The notes beneath the pieces are model-generated. The model was not told the origin of the DNA, ran no database searches, and was given only the letters and a program-made list of their open reading frames with translations. A program made the position numbers and the translations under genes. This document shows positions 1 through 5,539 of a stretch of 10,104 bases of DNA, piece after piece. Within the stretch, counting starts at the first letter, position 1, and the number at the start of each line of letters is the position of its first letter. Source of the stretch: Candidatus Zixiibacteriota bacterium (GTDB taxonomy: Bacteria > Zixibacteria > MSB-5A5 > WJJR01). The stretch covers positions 1 to 10,104 of the forward strand of contig JAVHPP010000113.1 of the NCBI GenBank assembly GCA_036170655.1, given 5' to 3'.

Positions 1-3000
1 ACGGCGATGCCGAGATTGGCGCGCAGTCCGTAGCCGAAGGCGGCACGAATGTCCTGGAGACGGAAGCCGTTCTCGGCCGAGGTCCCACGGAATCTACGAC
101 TGTCAGTCCATGCAGAACCCATATCGGCAAACAGGGCGCCAGCAACCTGTGACAACGCCAGCGGCAACGGGAATCGCAGAGCCAGATAATCCACAAACGG
201 GAAACGGAATTCGGCGTTGAGCAGCGCGTACTTGGTCCCCGCCAGTTCGTAGTAGTTGTATCCGTGGAAGGGCGTGATCACCTGCGAGAAGTAAAGTCCC
301 CCAACTCCATAGACACCGTTGACATCGTTGACATTGGTCCGCGCGATCGTTGAACCGATCCAGTTGTCGACCCCGCCCAAGTAGAACCGCTTGGGGTTTG
401 CTCCACCGGACATCCCGCCGGAAAGGCGCATCGCGAAACTGTAACGTCCCGCGATCCGGGCATACTGCCGGTAGTCGGCCGTCAACGCGCGGTAGGAGAT
501 GCCATCGGACAGTCCGCTGGGAGCGTATTCGAGTGACACGCGATAACGGCTTCCGTTGACCGGACCGGTCATCCCCCAAGATGCGACATCATGGACGAGC
601 GAGAGCGTCCCCAAGCCAACGCGATCACTCTCGTCATTTGCACCGGGAACGCGGTCGATGTAGCGCCGGTCAATGAACAGCATCATGCCGTTGAGCTCGA
701 GCCGCGTAAACTTCGAGAACGGACGCGACACATTCGCGAGGAATCCGTAGGTCCGGTCGGAAAAGAGCCGGTTCTCGAAATCGATGTAATAGTACTTCGA
801 GTGGAAGATCCCCGCGCCGTAGTCGATGCGTTTGGGCGTGTACATGTAGTACACCTGGATGTTCGATTGATCGATGGTGTTGACCAGATCGGTGGCGATG
901 AAGATCTGGTGGTCACCGAGATAATCGGAGATCACGAAGAAGGACTGGCCCTGCACGCCAAAAAACGAACTGTAACCCAGTCCGCCGGTCACCAAGTCGG
1001 GTGAGAATTTCAGTTTGTACTTCTGCACCGGGTATTTTTTTGCCTTCGCGGTATCGGCAGCGGCAAACGTCAGGCTGTCAGGATGTGACGGATGTGCTGC
1101 GGCCGGGACACTTCCTGGGGGTGATTTAGCTCCGGAGGAAATGGCCTTCGTCGTATCGTCCCCCTCAGACGTCATCGCCGGCAACGACGAATCGGGATGC
1201 AACGCTTGCGCATGACTCGTGTCGGCCACATCGGCGCTGTCGGACAGCAGCGGACGGCGCTGAAGCGGTGATTCCGCCTTGCGCACATAGGAGGTGAACT
1301 CCAGATCCTCGTCGAGGATCTTGGGCGCCCGTTCCTCCAGCTCAATTTCATGCTTGAGGACAAAGCTGGCGCTGTCCTGTCCACTCAGCCGTCTGACAAA
1401 AGCGGTCGGCGCCAGGTCTTTCCCATCCCCGATCTGGGGACGAATGTCCTTGATGAGGAACACGTCAAAGCCACCCTTGAAGAAGGCCGTAAAGGCGATT
1501 GATTTGCCATCGGGAGACCAGGACGGCGAGAAACACCCGGACAGCGCGTCCGTGATGGGATATGGCCGTCCGCCAGCCGAGTCGATTACATACAGGTTGT
1601 AGATCCCATTCTTGTTCGAGACATAGCAGATCTTCCGCCCATCCGGCGCGAACGCCGGCGTCTTGTCCTCGGCATCATCGTCGGTCAGCGGATACACGGT
1701 GCGGGAGTTCAGGTCAGCGGCGAAGATATTGTAGCGGCCGTACGGGAATTTAGCCGGGTCCTGAGGTTCGGTCATCAGGAGCGGTGTCGGCTTGTCCGAT
1801 GGACGGTCGCAGGCGAAGACGATGCGTGTGCCGCTGGGATCGAATCTCGGATCCTGTTCATCCCAACGGTCATCGGTCAGGCGTGTCGCCACACCAGAGG
1901 CCATGTCGACCAGATAGAGATCACTACGGTCGTCCCGTCGTGCGGCCACGACGATGGACTTGCCATCTGGGGAGAAGGCGGGGGAACTCATCGAAGAAAA
2001 CCCGAGCCGGAGTGTGCGGTCGTGTCCCTGACGGTCAACATCGACCAGGAACAGCGCATCCGTGCCTTTGGATTTGGCCACCAAGGCCAATGTCGCGCCA
2101 TCCGGTGAGAAGCTCATCCCGGATATGAAGGAATGGAGCGATTCGAACCGGTCCGTGCTGCCGCCTTTCAGTACACGCCTCAACTTCTTCCCGTCGATCG
2201 CGGAGATGATCTTGACCTCGGTGTAATCGGCGCGTTCGCTGAAGATGGCCAGCCGGTCGCCGCGCGGTGAAAAGACGGGCTTGTCATTGAAGTAGGAGCC
2301 GTCTTTCTCGTGGTCGGTCAGTTGCTTCGCAAAATCCTTTGGCTCTTGACGCTGGGAAATTTCGGGCCAGTACTCTTTCTTCAGCCGTTTCTGCCACTCC
2401 TCAGTGAAATCCTTCAGCCCCATCCCGATCGCCTTCTTGAGCGAGTTATCAAGGCTGGATTCAAAGCGGCCCTTGGAGATCACCTCGGGGATCTTTTCCT
2501 CGCCGTACCGTTCCGCGAGATAAAGGATAGCCGACTGGCCCTCTTTGTAGGCCAGGTATCCGCCCACGTATTCGAGCGGCACGAGATACCCATGGACGGT
2601 CGCGTCGCGCAGAACCATATCGGCGAACGTGTCCCAGCCGTGGCGCGATGAATACTCAGCGAATCCCTCCGCATACCACAAGGGGAGTTGGAACAGGGCC
2701 CGTCGCGATAGCATCTGTCCAATCCCGCCGCCGTAGAGCATGTCAAAGACAACCGCGTGGGTCAGCTCATGGTGGAGGACGTGGCGAAAATCCTCGTAGG
2801 ATCCGGTGAAGGGCATGACCATACGGTTCTTGAACGATTCGGTGAACCCACCGACTCCTTCTTCGAGCAGCCCGCCCGTGACGTTCGTCTGCTGAAACTC
2901 ATTGTGCGACTGGTAGAGGATAACGGGCACGCGCTTGTTGAGACGATGATTGAGCTGCGTGGAGACCGTCACATAAGAGGATTCCAGAGTCGTCGCCGCA

Positions 3001-3200
3001 AACACGGCAAGGTCGTAGCCCTCGTCGTAGAAATAGATGTCGAAGTGGTCCGAGGCGATGACGTTCCAGTGGAACTGCTGGTACTGAACTTTGTTCTGGC
3101 CGAATACTTCCCCCTGTCCGGACGCGGACCTCGGGAACAGCAGGAGAATCACGGCCGACAGCATGGCCACGGCAAGTACTCTTGGATTTGGGGTCGTCAT
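1..3200 (-). CDS. Secreted multidomain outer-membrane protein: zinc metallopeptidase (HEXXH, clan MA-like) + PD40/TolB-like beta-propeller + Omp85/BamA-TamA family beta-barrel; 3' end runs off the window
   Basis: Manually translated open frame from ATG 3200 to the window edge, about 1066 codons with no stop seen. N-terminus MTTPNPRVLAVAMLSAVILLLFPRSASG-QGEVFGQNKVQY looks like a Sec signal peptide. Peptidase motifs are VLHHELTHAV (HELTH 2771-2757) and PLWYAEGFAEY (Glu 2669-2667). Six PD40-like repeats: PVFSPRG, MSFSPDG, PAFSPDG, PRFDPSG, PAFAPDG, PSWSPDG. C-terminal Omp85 hallmarks: RFYLGG, FHGY...GTKYALLNAEFRFP, LFADMGSAW, FGYGLR. Confidence 0.9.
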   Translation of the reverse strand, partial: MTTPNPRVLAVAMLSAVILLLFPRSASGQGEVFGQNKVQYQQFHWNVIASDHFDIYFYDEGYDLAVFAATTLESSYVTVSTQLNHRLNKRVPVILYQSHNEFQQTNVTGGLLEEGVGGFTESFKNRMVMPFTGSYEDFRHVLHHELTHAVVFDMLYGGGIGQMLSRRALFQLPLWYAEGFAEYSSRHGWDTFADMVLRDATVHGYLVPLEYVGGYLAYKEGQSAILYLAERYGEEKIPEVISKGRFESSLDNSLKKAIGMGLKDFTEEWQKRLKKEYWPEISQRQEPKDFAKQLTDHEKDGSYFNDKPVFSPRGDRLAIFSERADYTEVKIISAIDGKKLRRVLKGGSTDRFESLHSFISGMSFSPDGATLALVAKSKGTDALFLVDVDRQGHDRTLRLGFSSMSSPAFSPDGKSIVVAARRDDRSDLYLVDMASGVATRLTDDRWDEQDPRFDPSGTRIVFACDRPSDKPTPLLMTEPQDPAKFPYGRYNIFAADLNSRTVYPLTDDDAEDKTPAFAPDGRKICYVSNKNGIYNLYVIDSAGGRPYPITDALSGCFSPSWSPDGKSIAFTAFFKGGFDVFLIKDIRPQIGDGKDLAPTAFVRRLSGQDSASFVLKHEIELEERAPKILDEDLEFTSYVRKAESPLQRRPLLSDSADVADTSHAQALHPDSSLPAMTSEGDDTTKAISSGAKSPPGSVPAAAHPSHPDSLTFAAADTAKAKKYPVQKYKLKFSPDLVTGGLGYSSFFGVQGQSFFVISDYLGDHQIFIATDLVNTIDQSNIQVYYMYTPKRIDYGAGIFHSKYYYIDFENRLFSDRTYGFLANVSRPFSKFTRLELNGMMLFIDRRYIDRVPGANDESDRVGLGTLSLVHDVASWGMTGPVNGSRYRVSLEYAPSGLSDGISYRALTADYRQYARIAGRYSFAMRLSGGMSGGANPKRFYLGGVDNWIGSTIARTNVNDVNGVYGVGGLYFSQVITPFHGYNYYELAGTKYALLNAEFRFPFVDYLALRFPLPLALSQVAGALFADMGSAWTDSRRFRGTSAENGFRLQDIRAAFGYGLRANLGIA

Positions 3201-3292
3201 GTGCGTATTGCAAGGTCGACTGGACCCTGCCAGTCGTATCGTCGCGACTGAGCCGGTGACTGACCAACAGGGAGGCCGCAACCTGAGATTTC

Positions 3293-3317
3293 AACCCCGG
3301 CCGGACAAAATTGTTCC
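3293..3317 (-). promoter_or_regulatory. Candidate ECF-sigma-type promoter (GGAAC-N17-GTT) upstream of the peptidase/PD40/Omp85 gene
   Basis: Minus strand reads GGAAC AATTTTGTCCGGCCGGG GTTGAAA in the 142-bp gap between the murA stop and ATG 3200. Motif and spacing resemble ECF promoters. The motif is short, so a chance match is possible. Confidence 0.4.
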
Positions 3318-3342
3318 AGTGGCAGTTACCGAGTGCGGTCTG

Positions 3343-4608
3343 CTATTCATCCTTTTGCCGCTTGATATCAGCTCCCAAGCGGCCGAGTTTCTCTTCCAAG
3401 CGCTCGTAGCCGCGATCGATATGATAAATACGGAGTATCTCCGACGTTCCTTCCGCCGCCAACGCCACCTCGACGAGACCGGCTCCGGCACGAATATCCG
3501 CCGCCATAACGGTTGCGCCCCGCAGGCGCGGGACACCGGACACACGCGCCTCATTTCCGGTCACACGCACGTCAGCCCCCATACGGACAAACTCCATGGC
3601 GTGGGAGAAACGATTGGGAAATACTGTTTCGGTCATCAAGGACGCACCATCGGCCACGGTCATCAGCGCCAGCGCAGCCGGTTGAAGGTCGGTCGGAAAA
3701 CCGGGGTAGGGAAAGGTGACGATCTGCGCCGGCCAGAGATGGGATGGCCCCTTGACTGTCATCCGCTTCTTGGTCACTGTGATCTGGACGCCCATCTCCT
3801 CGAGCTTGGCGGTCACGGCCTCCAAGTGCGTCGGTTCGACCCCGCGCAACTCAATCGTTCCCTTGGTCATGGCAGCGGCCATCATAAATGTCCCGGCCTC
3901 GAGCCGATCGGGAATTGGCTGATGTTCGGCGCCACGAAGTTTCTTGACGCCACTGATCCGAATCGTCGATGTCCCAGCTCCAGAGACCTTGGCGCCCATC
4001 TTGTTCAGAAAATCGGCGACATCGGCAATCTCAGGGTCACAGGCCGCGTTCACGAGGGCCGTATCACCCGGGACCATCGCCAGCCCGATCATCAGGTTCT
4101 CCGTTCCGGTGTGGGTGGGCCGATCGAATACAAATGTGGTGGCCTTCATCCGCGAGCCGTCACACTTGATGTAGCCGTGATCGTCCTCAAACTGGACACC
4201 GCAGGCCTGGAACCCCTTCAGGTGAAGGTCTACGGGACGCGGTCCAAAAGCGCAGCCGCCCGGCAGCGAGACACGTGCCGCCCGCATGCGCCCCAGAAGA
4301 GCGCCAAGAAACAGAAACGAGGCCCGCATGCGGCGCATGAGATCATAGGGGACATCGTGCGATTTGACTCCCGTGGCGTCGATGGTCAGAACGCGCGATT
4401 TCGGATCGTATGCGGCCTTTCCGCCGAGGTGATTAACGACCGCTACCGCGGTGCGAATGTCCATGAGGTCAGGAATGTCTGTAAGAACAGTCCGGCCGGA
4501 ATCGGCGAGAAGCGCAGCAGCGATGATCGGTAATGTGGCGTTTTTCGACGGAGCGATCACCACCGAGCCCGAAAGCCGCCTGCCGCCCTGAATCACGTAT
4601 TTATCCAA
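3343..4608 (-). CDS. murA: UDP-N-acetylglucosamine 1-carboxyvinyltransferase
   Basis: 421 aa with SKNATLPI, RMRAS, LPGGCAFGPRPVDLH (active-site Cys retained), IPDRLEAGT, YPGFPTDLQ, DIRAGA and HIDRGYE. TTG start preceded by a GAGGA Shine-Dalgarno sequence. Confidence 0.98.
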   Translation of the reverse strand: MDKYVIQGGRRLSGSVVIAPSKNATLPIIAAALLADSGRTVLTDIPDLMDIRTAVAVVNHLGGKAAYDPKSRVLTIDATGVKSHDVPYDLMRRMRASFLFLGALLGRMRAARVSLPGGCAFGPRPVDLHLKGFQACGVQFEDDHGYIKCDGSRMKATTFVFDRPTHTGTENLMIGLAMVPGDTALVNAACDPEIADVADFLNKMGAKVSGAGTSTIRISGVKKLRGAEHQPIPDRLEAGTFMMAAAMTKGTIELRGVEPTHLEAVTAKLEEMGVQITVTKKRMTVKGPSHLWPAQIVTFPYPGFPTDLQPAALALMTVADGASLMTETVFPNRFSHAMEFVRMGADVRVTGNEARVSGVPRLRGATVMAADIRAGAGLVEVALAAEGTSEILRIYHIDRGYERLEEKLGRLGADIKRQKDE

Positions 4609-4667
4609 GGTAATTCCTCAGTTGGCCAATAATCTCAGCGACAGACCATCTCCCTGCCGGTGAAACC

Positions 4668-4696
4668 AATACACACCCGCCCGTGGATTCTGTCAA
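4668..4696 (-). promoter_or_regulatory. Possible sigma70 promoter for murA
   Basis: Perfect TTGACA (4696-4691), 17-bp spacer, then a weak -10 TGTATT (4673-4668) that lacks the conserved second-position A. Confidence 0.3.
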
Positions 4697-4780
4697 GACG
4701 GGATTCCTCTGGCGGCTGGGATTTCATGGTCGTGTTCTCCTCCTTGCCAGATATATATTCGCCCCGTGGCACTCAAGGCG

Positions 4781-5539
4781 ATGACCGACAGCGGGACGAT
4801 CCTCTTCTTCTCCGATGCACATTTCGGCGCTCACGAGCCAGCACAAGAGAGGGAGAAAGAAAGGCGTTTCGAGACGTTTCTTGAACATGCCAGCCGTATC
4901 CACGCCGAAGTGTACTTTCTGGGCGACCTGTTCGATTTCTGGTTCGAGTATCACCACTGGATGCCAAAGGTTTCGATGCGCGTCCTGGCATCGATTCACC
5001 GCTTTACTCAATCGGGCGGGGAACTGCACATGCTCTTGGGCAACCACGACATCTGGGCGGCCACCTATTTTTCTGACCAGCTGGGAGCACATGTCCATCG
5101 TGAGGACATCACGATTGCCCGTCAAGGATTGCGCATTGGGATATCCCATGGCGACGGCCAAGCGCGGTCTGATCGCGGATACCGCGTGTTGAAGCAAATC
5201 CTGCGGTTCGGTCCCAACATCGCGCTGTACCGGCTGCTTCCCGCCGACTGGGCGTATGCCCTCGCACGTTTCTTCTCCGGCCGGTCCCGGCAGTTGACCG
5301 CTTCGCGGCCACCCAAGTTCCTTCTCGAATATGACTGCGTGGCCAGGGATCAAATCGAGGGCGGCTGCTCAGCCGTCATCATGGGCCACATCCACCAGGC
5401 GTGGGTGAAACGGCTGGGAGAAGGCTGGTCGGTGAACACGGGAGAGTTTTTCGAGAAGTTCAACTATGTCGAGCTCGTGGACGGGGAGTTCCATTTGCGA
5501 TCTTGGAATCCCAATCCCCAGCCCACAGCTCTCCCTTAG
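4781..5539 (+). CDS. lpxH: UDP-2,3-diacylglucosamine diphosphatase-like calcineurin-type metallophosphoesterase (LpxH family)
   Basis: Motifs SDAHFG, LGDLFDFWFEY, GNHD, SHGD, DRGYRVLKQILR, MGHIH and VNTG in the expected order. About 252 aa from ATG 4781; an in-frame GTG at 4766 is an alternative start. Confidence 0.85.
   Translation: MTDSGTILFFSDAHFGAHEPAQEREKERRFETFLEHASRIHAEVYFLGDLFDFWFEYHHWMPKVSMRVLASIHRFTQSGGELHMLLGNHDIWAATYFSDQLGAHVHREDITIARQGLRIGISHGDGQARSDRGYRVLKQILRFGPNIALYRLLPADWAYALARFFSGRSRQLTASRPPKFLLEYDCVARDQIEGGCSAVIMGHIHQAWVKRLGEGWSVNTGEFFEKFNYVELVDGEFHLRSWNPNPQPTALP

Noticed and set aside
1035..1041. T7 homopolymer as a phase-variation tract
   Set aside because: Short, encodes Ala-Lys-Lys in an intact frame, and shows no sign of slippage.
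1450..2330. Periodic similar DNA segments as a possible repeat array or CRISPR
   Set aside because: They are degenerate protein-level PD40 (xSPDG) repeats inside a CDS, not identical nucleotide repeats.
103..3294. Many short ORFs on both strands (e.g. 103-579, 591-1004, 2757-3251, 2899-3294)
   Set aside because: All are off-frame or antisense to the single long minus-strand frame from 3200, which explains the region.
4252..4254. MurA as a fosfomycin-resistant variant
   Set aside because: The active-site Cys in LPGGCAFG is retained; there is no Cys-to-Asp change.
3091..4533. 480-aa plus-strand ORF
   Set aside because: Antisense shadow of murA with no recognisable motifs; long antisense ORFs are expected in GC-rich coding DNA.
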